Positions 10,801 to 21,859 are shown, counted from the first letter of the stretch. The stretch: 64,000 bases of DNA from Sedimentisphaerales bacterium (GCA_963666285.1 OY762711.1); one strand, 5' to 3'. Program-made: numbers and translations. Notes: generated by a model from the letters alone, not told the origin.

Positions 10801-12519
10801 TTATTTAATTGTCTCACGTTTGGCGTAGTGTGTATGCAGCAGGTGATGACTCTTCTCGCTGAGCGGCTCGCCCAGGAAGTCTTTATAAAGCTGCATAACT
10901 TCTTCGTTCTTATGAGATACTCGCAGCTCGCTTGCGCCATCCAGGTCATACAGGCAGCTCATACGCACAAGAGCTGCTTCTTTGTCTGTATTATACGGCT
11001 GACCGCCACCGGCGATACATCCGCCCGGACAGGTCATAACTTCTATAAAGTGATACTGCTTTTCACCGCTCTTGACTTTTTCCAGCAGTGTCCGTGCACT
11101 CTGTAGGCTGCTTGCTACTGCTACGTTAACGTCAAGGTCGCCGATTTTAACCGTAGCTTCCTTTACGCTGTCCATGCCGCGAAGAGGCTCGATATTCAGC
11201 TCTTCCAGTTCGTTACCGGTTATCAGGAAGTATGCCGAACGTACTGCAGCTTCCATTACACCACCGGTCGCACCAAACAGCTTACCGGCTGTTGATCTTT
11301 CGCCAAATGGAGAGTCAGCTTTTTCAGCCTCGATCTTGTTCATGTCCAGGTTATACATGCGTATCAGGCGGCCCAGCTCACGGGTAGTCAATACCGCGTC
11401 AACATCAGGCACACCATCCGGGCACATTTCCGGTCTCTGGCATTCAAACTTCTTGGCAGTACACGGCATGATAGATACACTAAAGATCTTTTTAGGATCA
11501 AGCTCATTCTTCTGGGCAAAGTAGCTCTTGATTATTGCACCCATCATCTGCTGAGGGCTCTTACAGCTAGACACATTATCGATCATTTCAGGGTAGAACT
11601 GTTCAACGAACTTAATCCATCCCGGTGAACAGCTTGTCAGCTGAGGCAGGGCACCGCCGTTCTTAATACGGTGTACCAGCTCTGAACCTTCTTCCATAAT
11701 GGTCAGGTCAGCGGTAAAACTTGTGTCAAATACATAGTCAAAACCTAAACGGCGGAACGCAGCTGTCATTATACCGCAGATATCCTGTCCCGCAGGCATG
11801 TTAAATTCTTCTGCCAGGGTTACTGATACCGCTGGGGCATGCTGAACCACAACTGTCATCTCAGGATCGTTCAGGGCATCTACTACCTGTTTGATATGGC
11901 TCTGCTCACGCAACGCTCCGGTAGGACATACCAGGATACACTGACCGCAGTTAATACAGCTCGATACATTCAAACCTTCATCAAACGCACAGCCGATATG
12001 AGCCTTGCTGCCGCGGTCGATAAAATCTAGAGCACTTACTGTCTGAACTTCTTCACAAACTCTTACACAGCGACCGCAAAGAATACATTTTTCCGGGTCA
12101 CGTACAATTGATAGACTCGATGTATCTTCCGGGTACTTGCTCTTTTCACCGCAGAATCGACGTTCGCGAACACCGTATTCTTCTGCCAGGGTCTGCAGCT
12201 CGCAGTTCCTGTTACGCACGCAGTACAGACAGTCGTCAGGATGGTCTGCCAGCAGCAGCTCGATAATGGTCTTACGAGCTCTTACCACGCGTGGGGTATG
12301 TGTCTTTATCTTCATTCCCTCGTTTACAGGGAACGCACATGATGGGGTCAAGCCGCGACCGCCTTCTACCTCTACCACACACATACGGCATGCTCCGCTT
12401 GGGAACCTGTCTGCCATATGGCATAGTGTCGGAATATTGATACCTGCATCACGAGCCGCCTCCAGGATTGTCTGGCCCGGCTTGGCTTCTACAGTTTGAT
12501 TGTTGATTTCTATTTTCAC
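10801..12519 (-). CDS. hydA: [FeFe]-hydrogenase catalytic subunit (group A3, HydA/HndD-like)
   Basis: H-cluster motifs TSCSPGW, MPCTAKKFE, EVMTCPGGCIAGGGQP; N-terminal 2Fe-2S, His-ligated 4Fe-4S and 2x4Fe-4S motifs; GTG start. Confidence 0.95.
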   Translation of the reverse strand: MKIEINNQTVEAKPGQTILEAARDAGINIPTLCHMADRFPSGACRMCVVEVEGGRGLTPSCAFPVNEGMKIKTHTPRVVRARKTIIELLLADHPDDCLYCVRNRNCELQTLAEEYGVRERRFCGEKSKYPEDTSSLSIVRDPEKCILCGRCVRVCEEVQTVSALDFIDRGSKAHIGCAFDEGLNVSSCINCGQCILVCPTGALREQSHIKQVVDALNDPEMTVVVQHAPAVSVTLAEEFNMPAGQDICGIMTAAFRRLGFDYVFDTSFTADLTIMEEGSELVHRIKNGGALPQLTSCSPGWIKFVEQFYPEMIDNVSSCKSPQQMMGAIIKSYFAQKNELDPKKIFSVSIMPCTAKKFECQRPEMCPDGVPDVDAVLTTRELGRLIRMYNLDMNKIEAEKADSPFGERSTAGKLFGATGGVMEAAVRSAYFLITGNELEELNIEPLRGMDSVKEATVKIGDLDVNVAVASSLQSARTLLEKVKSGEKQYHFIEVMTCPGGCIAGGGQPYNTDKEAALVRMSCLYDLDGASELRVSHKNEEVMQLYKDFLGEPLSEKSHHLLHTHYAKRETIK

Positions 12520-12652
12520 GATTATTTACCTCTATTTATTATGTTTATTTTGGTAACTTGTTAGCTCAGGCAATTTTTTAATCTCCGCTAAAAGCGTTAA
12601 TTCTGGCATGTGCGATATCAAATGTCCGCCCTTATGCCTTAATGCCTGTCCT

Positions 12653-14605
12653 TTAGCCTACCTTCACAGCATTAAACTTACAAACATCTATACAAGTTCC
12701 GCATGCGATACATTTATCCATATTGATAACGTGCGGCTCTTTTACACTGCCTTCGATAGCACCAACAGGACACTTCTTGGCACATATTGTACAGCCTTTA
12801 CATTCTTCTGCTGAAATCTCATAGGTCAACAGGCTCTTGCATGCGCCCGCCGGACACTTACGGTCATAGATGTGGGCTTCATATTCGTCACGGAACCAGC
12901 GTAGGGTACTCAGGATCGGGTTAGGGGCTGTCTGGCCCAGACCGCATAGGGAGGTATCCTTGATTACTTCCGCCAAACGTTCGATATACATTATTCCCTT
13001 GAAGCGGGCTAGTGTTTCTTCGTCTGTTGACTCGCTGCCGCGATTGTGAGTGATTCGCTCCAAAATCTCCAGCATACGGCGTGTTCCTTCACGACAAGGT
13101 ATACACTTTCCACAGCTTTCACGCTGGATAAAGTCCATAAAGAACTTCGCTACGTCTACCATACAGGTATCTTCGTCCATAACTACCAGGCCGCCGGAAC
13201 CCATCATAGCTCCAACAGTCTTTAGTGATTCATAATCGATCTCGATATCGAGATGCTGGGTCGGGATACATCCGCCTGACGGGCCGCCGATCTGAACGCC
13301 TTTGAACTGACGATCGTTCTGGATACCGCCGCCGATATTAAAGATAATATCACGGAGTGCTGTTCCCATTGGTACTTCTACCAGACCGGTACGATTGATC
13401 TTGCCGGAAAGGGCAAATACCTTGGTTCCCTTACTGTTATCTGTACCGATACTCGCAAACCAGTTAGCTCCTTTGTTGATGATATTTGCCAGGTTGGCAA
13501 ATGTTTCAACATTGTTTACTACGGTTGGTTTGCCAAACAGACCGGAGATCGCCGGGAACGGTGGTCTTGGTCTTGGCATGCCGCGCTTACCTTCGATACT
13601 ATGGATCAGGGCTGTTTCTTCACCACAGACAAAAGCTCCGGCACCTTTCTTGATTACTATCTCAAGGTCGAAGCCGGTGCCCATAATGTTCTTACCCAGC
13701 AGTCCCCAGGCATGAGCCTGTTTGATTGCTTCTTCAAAACGCTCGATTGCCAGCGGGTATTCAGCTCTCAGGTAGCAGTATGCCTTGGTTGCTCCAATTG
13801 CATAAGCACCGATTGCCATACCTTCCAGTAGCTTGTGTGGGTCGCCTTCGATTACCGCACGGTCCATAAATGCACCCGGGTCTCCTTCATCAGCATTACA
13901 TACCATATATTTCTGACTGGCTTCTGCGTTTAGGGCAAATTTCCATTTCTGGCCGGTCGGGAATCCGCCGCCGCCGCGACCGCGTAGACCGCTCTTTAAT
14001 ACCTCTTCGCAAACGTCGGCTCTTTCCATCTTCAATACTTTGGCAAACGCCTGGTAGCCGCCGCCTGCTATATATTCATCAATACGAGTAGGGTCGATAG
14101 AACCACAGTTCGCCAGTACCAGTCTCTGCTGCATCGCCATGAACGGATGTTCGTCAACGTATGGCATACCGGCATAAGATTCCTGGGAATCGTCACGCAC
14201 TTGGCCAAAAACTGTTTCAGCCGGGATATTACCGCTCATGCACCCGTCCATAATCGCTTCTACTGTGTCAGCAGTAGCTTTCTGGAAGGTTACACGGGTT
14301 TTGCCCGGCATTTGTACTTCTATGGTTGGCTCTACCGCACAAAGACCTACACAGCCGACTTCAATTACGTCTGCGTCGATCTTTTTTCCTTCCAGGTAGC
14401 TGTTAATTTTGGTTAGGGTTGCTCCTGCTCCCGCTGCCAGGCCGCAGGTTCCGGTACCTACAAGTATTGTTGGTTTGGTTACCTTCTTACGCGTCAGGGC
14501 GGCAATTTCATCTGCCAAACCGGCATTGTCACCGTTAATGGTCGCCAGTAGTTTATCGTTTACCTTATCCAGTCCGTGGCGGCATTTTGTATCTTTTGCT
14601 ATCAT
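12653..14605 (-). CDS. hydB: NADH/FMN-binding hydrogenase subunit (HydB/HndC, NuoF-like)
   Basis: GLRGRGGGGFP, CNADEGDPGAFMDR, GAGAFVCGEET, ESCGKCIPCREG; N-terminal thioredoxin-like 2Fe-2S and C-terminal 2x4Fe-4S; ATG 14605 overlaps the upstream stop (TAATG). Confidence 0.93.
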   Translation of the reverse strand: MIAKDTKCRHGLDKVNDKLLATINGDNAGLADEIAALTRKKVTKPTILVGTGTCGLAAGAGATLTKINSYLEGKKIDADVIEVGCVGLCAVEPTIEVQMPGKTRVTFQKATADTVEAIMDGCMSGNIPAETVFGQVRDDSQESYAGMPYVDEHPFMAMQQRLVLANCGSIDPTRIDEYIAGGGYQAFAKVLKMERADVCEEVLKSGLRGRGGGGFPTGQKWKFALNAEASQKYMVCNADEGDPGAFMDRAVIEGDPHKLLEGMAIGAYAIGATKAYCYLRAEYPLAIERFEEAIKQAHAWGLLGKNIMGTGFDLEIVIKKGAGAFVCGEETALIHSIEGKRGMPRPRPPFPAISGLFGKPTVVNNVETFANLANIINKGANWFASIGTDNSKGTKVFALSGKINRTGLVEVPMGTALRDIIFNIGGGIQNDRQFKGVQIGGPSGGCIPTQHLDIEIDYESLKTVGAMMGSGGLVVMDEDTCMVDVAKFFMDFIQRESCGKCIPCREGTRRMLEILERITHNRGSESTDEETLARFKGIMYIERLAEVIKDTSLCGLGQTAPNPILSTLRWFRDEYEAHIYDRKCPAGACKSLLTYEISAEECKGCTICAKKCPVGAIEGSVKEPHVINMDKCIACGTCIDVCKFNAVKVG

Positions 14606-15072
14606 TACGCACTTTCCTTTCCGCGATATCCCGCAATGACCTCTTTTACTTTTGTACTGTCCATTGCTGCGTAAAATTCTCCATTGATGCTTATTACTGG
14701 TGCCAGGCCGCACGCTCCGATACAAGCTACAACTTCGATTGAGAATAATCCGTCTGCTGAGGTCTTACCTGCTCCGCAGCCGCATTCTTTCTCTAATGCT
14801 TCCAATACGCTTAGCGACCCTTTTACATGACACGCTGTTCCGCGGCATACCTGGATATGGAACTTACCTTGCGCTTCGAAGGTAAACTGGTTGTAGAATG
14901 TAGCAACACCAAAAATCTTGCTCGCCGGCAAATTCAGGTGCTCTCCCACGGCGATGACCGCTTCTCTTGACAGGTAACCGTCCAGTTCCTGGATATCCTG
15001 AAGGATAGGGATTAAGCTGTCCCTGCCTGCATTCGGATACTGTTTCAACACTTCATTTACTTGTGTACTCAC
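14605..15072 (-). CDS. hydC: 2Fe-2S hydrogenase subunit (HydC/HndA, NuoE-like)
   Basis: GVATFY, VCRGTACHVKG, ACIGACGLAP. Confidence 0.93.
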   Translation of the reverse strand: MSTQVNEVLKQYPNAGRDSLIPILQDIQELDGYLSREAVIAVGEHLNLPASKIFGVATFYNQFTFEAQGKFHIQVCRGTACHVKGSLSVLEALEKECGCGAGKTSADGLFSIEVVACIGACGLAPVISINGEFYAAMDSTKVKEVIAGYRGKESA

Positions 15073-15195
15073 TTGATGAACCTTTCTTTAAGCTATTTGA
15101 ATGTTATTCAAAAACATTTACTTCTATTTTTCTTCGCCCTCAGACGATTTTTATTAGCTGTTGTGTTCGCAGCAATCTTCCCTAATACCTAGGCC

Positions 15196-15843
15196 CTAAT
15201 ACCTAATACCTTCTTTGCCTCGGGCAAAATAGTGTACTTTCTCGAGTGCTATCCCCAAATTGATGTTCTCTACATAAACATCGCCTGGCACCTTTAGTTG
15301 TACCGGGGCAAAATTCATGATACCTTTGATATTACTCTCTATGAGCTTGTCGGCTACGCTCTGTGCTGCGGTTTCGGGAACCGCCAGGATAGCCGAAGTT
15401 ATATTGTATTGCTTTGTTCTTTCGGAAAGTTCGTTCAGATTGTAACATCTGCACCCATAAAAAACATTGCCCACCTTATCTCTATCTTCGTCAAAACAGG
15501 CGGTAACATTAATATTAAAATTCTCTCGACCGATATAAGACAGGATTGCACGTCCGATATTACCTATTCCGATAATTGACGTTGTCCCTTTGCAGTTGCC
15601 GTATAGAAATCTGGTTATACTTTCCTGTAGACCGGAAATGTCATATCCTTTTGATGGACTACCCGCATAACCAACCTCCATGATATCCCTTCGCAGCTGT
15701 GCAGCTGACACGCCCGCACGCTCTGCTAGCTCATGCGAGAATATACTGCTTATTCCGCTGCTTTCCAGCTCCGCCAGCACGCGTCTGTACAGGCATAACC
15801 TGGCAACTATCTTTTCTGATATCATTTCTGGCATAATTATCAC
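15196..15843 (-). CDS. rex: redox-sensing transcriptional repressor Rex
   Basis: RLCLYRR, SHELA...QLRRD..G.....GY winged helix, GIGNIG Rossmann motif, GIMNFAP; start could be GTG 15843 or ATG 15834/15825. Confidence 0.92.
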   Translation of the reverse strand: MIIMPEMISEKIVARLCLYRRVLAELESSGISSIFSHELAERAGVSAAQLRRDIMEVGYAGSPSKGYDISGLQESITRFLYGNCKGTTSIIGIGNIGRAILSYIGRENFNINVTACFDEDRDKVGNVFYGCRCYNLNELSERTKQYNITSAILAVPETAAQSVADKLIESNIKGIMNFAPVQLKVPGDVYVENINLGIALEKVHYFARGKEGIRY

Positions 15844-16083
15844 ACTTACAATATTTTTTCGCCGTTAGGCGGAAATATCAGTTGTGAGTGTTAGCGAACA
15901 CTATAGCTCTTCACGTTTTACTGATAATATTGTGTTAGGGCGGGTTCTACCTTTTCTCTTCCTGATTTTTGCTGTTGCTAAATTATACCCTTGTTCGTTG
16001 TTTCCCCAGCAGGGGTATATTAGCCTTCGCCATCAGGCGATAAAATCATAGGTCGCATCGGCGACATCACAACTATTATTGGC

Positions 16084-16135
16084 TTGTTATTAAAATAACA
16101 TTGTTATTTCAGTAACACTGTTATTTTTTTCACAA
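16084..16135. promoter_or_regulatory. three tandem Rex-operator-like palindromes
   Basis: TTGTTATTAAAATAACAT (16084), TTGTTATTTCAGTAACAC (16101), CTGTTATTTTTTTCACAA (16118) versus Rex consensus TTGT(G/T)AA-N4-TT(C/A)ACAA. Confidence 0.75.
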
Positions 16136-16145
16136 CCAAGTCGCT

Positions 16146-16174
16146 ATTCTATACCTTTAATATCAATTAGTCAA
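16146..16174 (-). promoter_or_regulatory. sigma70 promoter of rex-hydCBA
   Basis: TTGACT-N17-TAGAAT on the minus strand, immediately upstream of the Rex boxes. Confidence 0.7.
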
Positions 16175-16572
16175 GTAAATATCCGATAAAATTGTATCAA
16201 ATATACAGAAAATACTAAATATAGCTATATTAATAGCAGAAAAGTGCCATAAATTCAATTTAAAAGACCTCGCAACAAACCTGCCAGGCCTTATTTCTCT
16301 CGTTTTTATTGTCAAAAAACCACCAAAAAAAAGATAGAATTGATCATTAATTCTGGCGAATAGCACCAATTATTAGAACAATTATCCTCATAACCAGTGT
16401 TATGCTGGATAGTACCAGGCCTGTTTTTGACATTTTATTGGGCCATCCGCCGCCTTTCTTCGTTCCGGTATATGCCGATACTGCTATAATAAATCCAATT
16501 TTCGGGAATATTGAACATGGAATTCGCCTAATACCAATTATATGTCTCAAATTGTCCACAGATCAGTTTGAG

Positions 16573-17043
16573 TTAGTTATCAAGGTCACTTATTGATTCA
16601 CCCATTTTTTTCTTATTCGATAGGTCAAAGGCGTATATTATACTTTTATTTTCACCGGCTCCAAATATATTTGGGAATACACGCTTTATTTTATAATAGA
16701 GTACTTTTCTATCGCCGGAAATACGGATGTCGACTATCTGGGAGTAATCCGAATATTTCCATAGAATTAATGGTATGGGGTCAAGTGGATATTGTAAGGT
16801 TATAGTAGCGGGGCTATTGTCATTCGTTCCGGCATTCAATATTACTGTTTTTCCCTCTAACTGTATTTCGTGACTCCATTCCAGGGCCTGGTATTTTCTT
16901 CCACCTGTTTTTTCTGCTGATAATGGTATGGAATTATTGTAACCATTGATTATATGGCTATTGGCTTGATTGCTGCAACTGCATCCCGACATCCAGAATA
17001 TCATAAGGCTAATGCTTAATAATCTTGCATATAGTTTATTCAT
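16573..17043 (-). CDS. hypothetical lipoprotein
   Basis: Signal peptide with lipobox-like MSGC. Confidence 0.55.
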   Translation of the reverse strand: MNKLYARLLSISLMIFWMSGCSCSNQANSHIINGYNNSIPLSAEKTGGRKYQALEWSHEIQLEGKTVILNAGTNDNSPATITLQYPLDPIPLILWKYSDYSQIVDIRISGDRKVLYYKIKRVFPNIFGAGENKSIIYAFDLSNKKKMGESISDLDN

Positions 17044-17331
17044 ATTTAATTTTCCATCATTATGAGTATGAAATAGCTAGCCTGAAATTACATCCAATCA
17101 TTTATAGTTTATTTTGTCCATAATGTCCATGATGTTTGTCATTTACAGGCTATATATTGCCAGTGGGCTTAACTGGTACCTTGTTTCCTGATATATTGTT
17201 TGCTATAATGCATTCACAGATGGCGAGAATCTCTGCTTTCTGATGTGTTTTTACAATTGAGTATTTTTTGATTGAAAGTGACCAATTGGTCTCTTCGTAT
17301 TGATGTAATAAATTTTAAGGCAAATACTGTT

Positions 17332-18750
17332 ATGAAAAAATTAACCTTAAACAAAGTAATTGCGATAATTCTTTTATTAATTGCCATTATTGTTATTTTC
17401 CCATTTGTTTATGGCCCGGACGGCACTGAAATTATCCAAAAGGCTCGTGATGCCGGCATACTAATCGACCAGACCCGGCTTGAAGCCATGTATCTGACTG
17501 CTGCTTCTGCTACTGACAACGCTGCCCCCGAACTTGAGCTATTGTTTGAGGAATTTGTTGAATGGTGCGATTTCTTCGATAATTGTTCTCTGGATGGTTC
17601 ATATCAGTTCCAATATACACCCGGAACCGAACAGCTCGCCGAGGAGGCTCGCTCTTATCGCAGATATCCTGAACCGGCCTTTAATATCTCCGGCATATCT
17701 GCCCAGGAACTGGCTAATCTGGATTATTATATATCCGCTCAGAAAGATCGGTTCGAAAAAATCAACCCGATCATTGATCGCTGTGGCAATTTCTATTATG
17801 AGGACTGGACCGACTGGACAGAAGGCCTTTCCGGGCTCGGTCTGCTGAAAGCTGTTGCTAGACTCGAAAATAAACAGAGCAGCTATTATAGTAATAACAA
17901 TCAACCCGAAGAGGCTATCAAATGTATCGAAAGATTGTATAAAATCGCTGACTTCGCCTCTGGCACAAATGAACAAATGGGGCAGCTGGTTAGTTCCGGC
18001 GTTTACGGCCTTGCCCAGTATTCCGCTATCGAACAGATTGCTCTGCATCCCGATAGCAAAACATTATCTGCTCTCGAAAAGATAATGCCTCAGTTTAACG
18101 TAAAAGACAAAAGCATAAAATCACTGACTATTACTGAAACAGCTATGTACGAAATTGATTTATTTGGTTTAGATAGCTTGATGGAGTGGACTCACAATAT
18201 TAAATATGTCAAATATAGCAACGCCAATAACTATCTTGAGTTTCTCATCGATTTTAAAACCGAATTTGAAGCCAGGGATATAGATCACTATTCCACTATA
18301 TATGAAGACTTGCGGAATAAGCATCTACCCGGCGAACAAGGTCTGATTACTAGACTTTTGAATAGAAAAGTATACAATAGATATCCGAGCGATGCTAGAA
18401 TGATTGAAATATTCCTTCGCGTCGAAAATATCAGTAGAATCATTCAGATTGCCATTGCCCAGGAAAAATATCTCCGATCCAATAACAGCTTTGCCTCGGA
18501 CCTTTCAACTCTTAAAGCTGATTTCCCGGACCTCGATCTTATCGACCTGCTCGCCCAAAAGCAGGGTAGTTCCTTCGGCTATGAACTCATCACCGATCCC
18601 GATGGCCGCCAGGGCTTTATCGTCTCTTCTGACTTTCTCGATGAACTTGATCCCAAAACCGATACCGACCCGCTCGAAGATGCCCGAGGCAGCCTCGGCT
18701 CATTCTGGAGCGGCGGACCATATCGCTTCGTACTGAAAATCATAAGGTAA
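17332..18750 (+). CDS. hypothetical membrane-anchored protein (pseudopilin-like C-terminal segment)
   Basis: N-terminal TM helix from MKKLTL; C-terminal IAIAQEKY...SDLSTL...FGYE resembles the GspG-like tail of planctomycete hypotheticals. Confidence 0.6.
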   Translation: MKKLTLNKVIAIILLLIAIIVIFPFVYGPDGTEIIQKARDAGILIDQTRLEAMYLTAASATDNAAPELELLFEEFVEWCDFFDNCSLDGSYQFQYTPGTEQLAEEARSYRRYPEPAFNISGISAQELANLDYYISAQKDRFEKINPIIDRCGNFYYEDWTDWTEGLSGLGLLKAVARLENKQSSYYSNNNQPEEAIKCIERLYKIADFASGTNEQMGQLVSSGVYGLAQYSAIEQIALHPDSKTLSALEKIMPQFNVKDKSIKSLTITETAMYEIDLFGLDSLMEWTHNIKYVKYSNANNYLEFLIDFKTEFEARDIDHYSTIYEDLRNKHLPGEQGLITRLLNRKVYNRYPSDARMIEIFLRVENISRIIQIAIAQEKYLRSNNSFASDLSTLKADFPDLDLIDLLAQKQGSSFGYELITDPDGRQGFIVSSDFLDELDPKTDTDPLEDARGSLGSFWSGGPYRFVLKIIR

Positions 18751-19081
18751 AACGTTTGATTTTACCCCGGCTTTTTATTCTCCGGACCACATCTCTAATG
18801 TATATAAATAGCTGCGGCCCAAACTCTGAAAAGATATTTGGGCCGAGCATTTGATTGTGGTATATACCTGTTTACTTTCGCACTTTTCAAGTTGCAATAA
18901 ACGCCTAAAAGGGCCTTCCTATTGCAGTCTGGATTAAATATACTTTCGAGAATTAGCTCGGAAATACAATTAAATGTAAAGTTTTTCATTCACAAGGCCC
19001 TGTTCCGGACTTTGCGAGTAATGTTGAACAGTCAAAAGTACGAAAGCGTACTACCTGATACTGCTTACGCAGTGTGGAATA

Positions 19082-21859
19082 TTATGGGGCACTTACATTA
19101 GTTGCGATACTGGTGGTTGTAAATGATGTCGTCAACGTACCCGGTGAATACGTTCCACCTGTGTACAAACCATCGGTGTTGGTTCCGGTTGAGCTGCCGC
19201 CGTTATACAGTTTGTAGGTTGTGCCAGATACCAGGTCAGGTGACGAAAAGACACATGACTTATAAGCTTTAGCTGGTGTAAAGGTCAGAACCTCTGTTCC
19301 GGCTGATGTCTCGATATGTATCAGGCTGCCGGCAGATTTCCAGGAATTATAGGTAATCTTTATAGAACGCTGTGTTGATGTTGTACTCAGCGACTGTGCC
19401 ATCTGCGAACTGCCTACTCCTACAAGTATACCGCCGCTTATATTACAGCTGCCGTCAAAGTCCACCGCATTATTATTATCTGCTGTCGGGCCGTTAACCA
19501 GGGTTGTACCACCTGTTATCACGATTGAACCGTTAGCATCAAGCCCGTCTCCCGCAGCATTCACTACGATATTGCCGCCATTTATATATAGGAAGTAATT
19601 ACCGGTATCGCCGCCTGGAGGAATGCCGCCGCCGGGACGATGCCATGGATCGTCACCGCCGCTGCTGTCGTTTCCACCGGCAACGTTAAGCCCGTCATCG
19701 CTGGCCGTAACATGTATATTACCGTCATTGATAGTGACAATCGCAGCCTCGATACCTTCATAGCTGTTTGTAACCGTTATTGTTCCGCCGTTTATATCGA
19801 TAGTACTGTCGGCATGAATACCGTCATCGCCGGAAGCTATCTCAAATGTCCCGCCGTTGATTGTTATTCCCTCGTTCGTATGAATTGCATCATCAGCACA
19901 GCTCATAGCAAACGTTCCGCCGTCAATTGTCACGCCAACCGCTGCTTTTATTCCCTTAGCAGAAAGGTCATCTGAAATATTTGCATTATAACCACCGCCG
20001 GAGGTTATATCAAACACGCCGCCGCTGATAGCGACAGTATTATCTGCTGTTATAGCGTCCTCATCAGAGACTACAGTTATATCTCCGTCAGAGATTGTAA
20101 TATCAGCACTTTCGATTCCTTCATAGCTGTCTGTTATATTAACTGCACCGCCTTCGATTTCGATTGTCAGGTCCGCGTGGATACCGTCGCCGCCTGAGGC
20201 AACAACAGTTGTTCCGCCGCTGATTGTCACGGCATTATCAGAATGCAGCCCGTCATCAGCACAGTTAAGGTTAATTGTCCCGCCTTCGATTTCAACGCTT
20301 ACCAGGCCTTTAATTCCTTTTGCTGACAGATCATATGAAATCGTTGCATTATGACCGCCGCCTGATACAATTGTTATATCTCCTCCCTCTACGGTTACCT
20401 CTGATTCTGCTGCAATACCGTCTCCACCGGATGTAATATCCAGCGTGCCGCTCTGAATTGTAATATAGCCCCAGTTAGGGTCTTCATTGTCTGATACCAG
20501 CCCGTCACCTTCAGTTACCAGGGTAAAGTTACCATCCTTGATCAGCAGGTTGTCCTTGCCGCGAATACCGTCATCTACTGACGTAATGTTAAGTGTACCG
20601 CTATAAACTACCAGCTTATCTTTACATACGATTGCATCGTTGTAGTTTCCTTGAACGTTAAGTGTTCCGCTGCCGGAGATTGCCATCGAATCATCGCTGA
20701 ACAAACAGCCGCTCGGCTCGTTTACTGTCGGATCGTCATATACATATTCCGAAGCATCAAACAGATAGTTCTGTGTCTGATCGGCAAGTACTATTGAGGT
20801 AAACGATGCGTCAACCACATAGATCGGGGCGCTCGTAGAGTTGCTTATATTGACACCGTCCAAAATAATTTCCACCAGTCCGTTTGTCGGTGAATTTACG
20901 ACCAGCTGACCGTTGGTTAGTGTACCGCTCACATTGTAGCTGCCGTCCGTTGTTATTGTGGCGGTGGTCCCGTCAACTGTTACGCCGGTTCCTTCTACTG
21001 TAATAGAATCTCCATTCAGGATAATCTGTGTTGTGCCGGCTTCCTCAATACTGCGTCCGCAATACACATCTGCCGCATTACCTTCACCGCTGTAGCAGCT
21101 GGCAAATACGCCGAAATCCAACAGGTCTACATCATAATCCTGGTCGGCATCAACCGGGATAAGACCGTATTCATCCAGAGTCAGACCGCTGCCGGTTGGT
21201 AGCGGATCATAAGATATTCCCTCTCCGGTAAAACAGGTAACAAACGTTACCAGGTCGCTCAGGCCGACATCACCATCCATATCATAATCGCTCAAGGCAT
21301 AACCGACTATCCGGCCCGGGCTTGCAATATCGCCTCCGGTTGACATACGCGAACCATACGCATCTGCAACTGTGGCCAGTATCCAACTCATCTGGGCCAG
21401 TGTTTCACTATAGTCTGCTTCCGGTATATTACAGCTTGCATTTTGGGTGCGAGGTGTGCCGGGGTTGTCCTCGTCGCCAAAGGTCAACTCATCCACCAGG
21501 TTATAGACAGAATCATAAAGATTAATCTGGTCGTTTCGGCCCAGGCTTGTTGCTGCCTCGCCTATTATGGTTACATCAGTCAGTCCCCAGGCTGTGGCAA
21601 AGTCTGTTGCTACCGCTTCGGTTAAAATAACTGATTCTCCCGCTTCTACCACGCCGAAAGCACTCAGGTCAACCGTTCCCGGCACCTGGCTCTTATCGTC
21701 GTAACTCCACCCGGTCATATCTACCGGGTCTGTCCCTACATTGGTAAATTCAATAAATTCGCCATCTGTCCCGCTGTACATCCACTCGGTAATCACCATT
21801 TGTCCCGAGGCAAACGAGCAGAAAAACACAATCAAACCTAGCGCAAGAATGTTTCGCAT
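19082..21859 (-). CDS. secreted lamin-tail + dockerin-like + Cthe_2159/DUF4353 beta-helix carbohydrate-binding protein
   Basis: Signal peptide MRNILALG; ITEWMY...EFIEFTN (LTD); two DxDxDxDVxLxD repeats; many xxDGI/GGTI beta-helix coils; GDGLDANG. Confidence 0.8.
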   Translation of the reverse strand: MRNILALGLIVFFCSFASGQMVITEWMYSGTDGEFIEFTNVGTDPVDMTGWSYDDKSQVPGTVDLSAFGVVEAGESVILTEAVATDFATAWGLTDVTIIGEAATSLGRNDQINLYDSVYNLVDELTFGDEDNPGTPRTQNASCNIPEADYSETLAQMSWILATVADAYGSRMSTGGDIASPGRIVGYALSDYDMDGDVGLSDLVTFVTCFTGEGISYDPLPTGSGLTLDEYGLIPVDADQDYDVDLLDFGVFASCYSGEGNAADVYCGRSIEEAGTTQIILNGDSITVEGTGVTVDGTTATITTDGSYNVSGTLTNGQLVVNSPTNGLVEIILDGVNISNSTSAPIYVVDASFTSIVLADQTQNYLFDASEYVYDDPTVNEPSGCLFSDDSMAISGSGTLNVQGNYNDAIVCKDKLVVYSGTLNITSVDDGIRGKDNLLIKDGNFTLVTEGDGLVSDNEDPNWGYITIQSGTLDITSGGDGIAAESEVTVEGGDITIVSGGGHNATISYDLSAKGIKGLVSVEIEGGTINLNCADDGLHSDNAVTISGGTTVVASGGDGIHADLTIEIEGGAVNITDSYEGIESADITISDGDITVVSDEDAITADNTVAISGGVFDITSGGGYNANISDDLSAKGIKAAVGVTIDGGTFAMSCADDAIHTNEGITINGGTFEIASGDDGIHADSTIDINGGTITVTNSYEGIEAAIVTINDGNIHVTASDDGLNVAGGNDSSGGDDPWHRPGGGIPPGGDTGNYFLYINGGNIVVNAAGDGLDANGSIVITGGTTLVNGPTADNNNAVDFDGSCNISGGILVGVGSSQMAQSLSTTSTQRSIKITYNSWKSAGSLIHIETSAGTEVLTFTPAKAYKSCVFSSPDLVSGTTYKLYNGGSSTGTNTDGLYTGGTYSPGTLTTSFTTTSIATNVSAP

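Noticed and set aside
12653..15072. Respiratory complex I nuoE/nuoF
   Set aside because: Adjacent gene has all three H-cluster motifs and there are no membrane Nuo subunits; these are hydrogenase subunits
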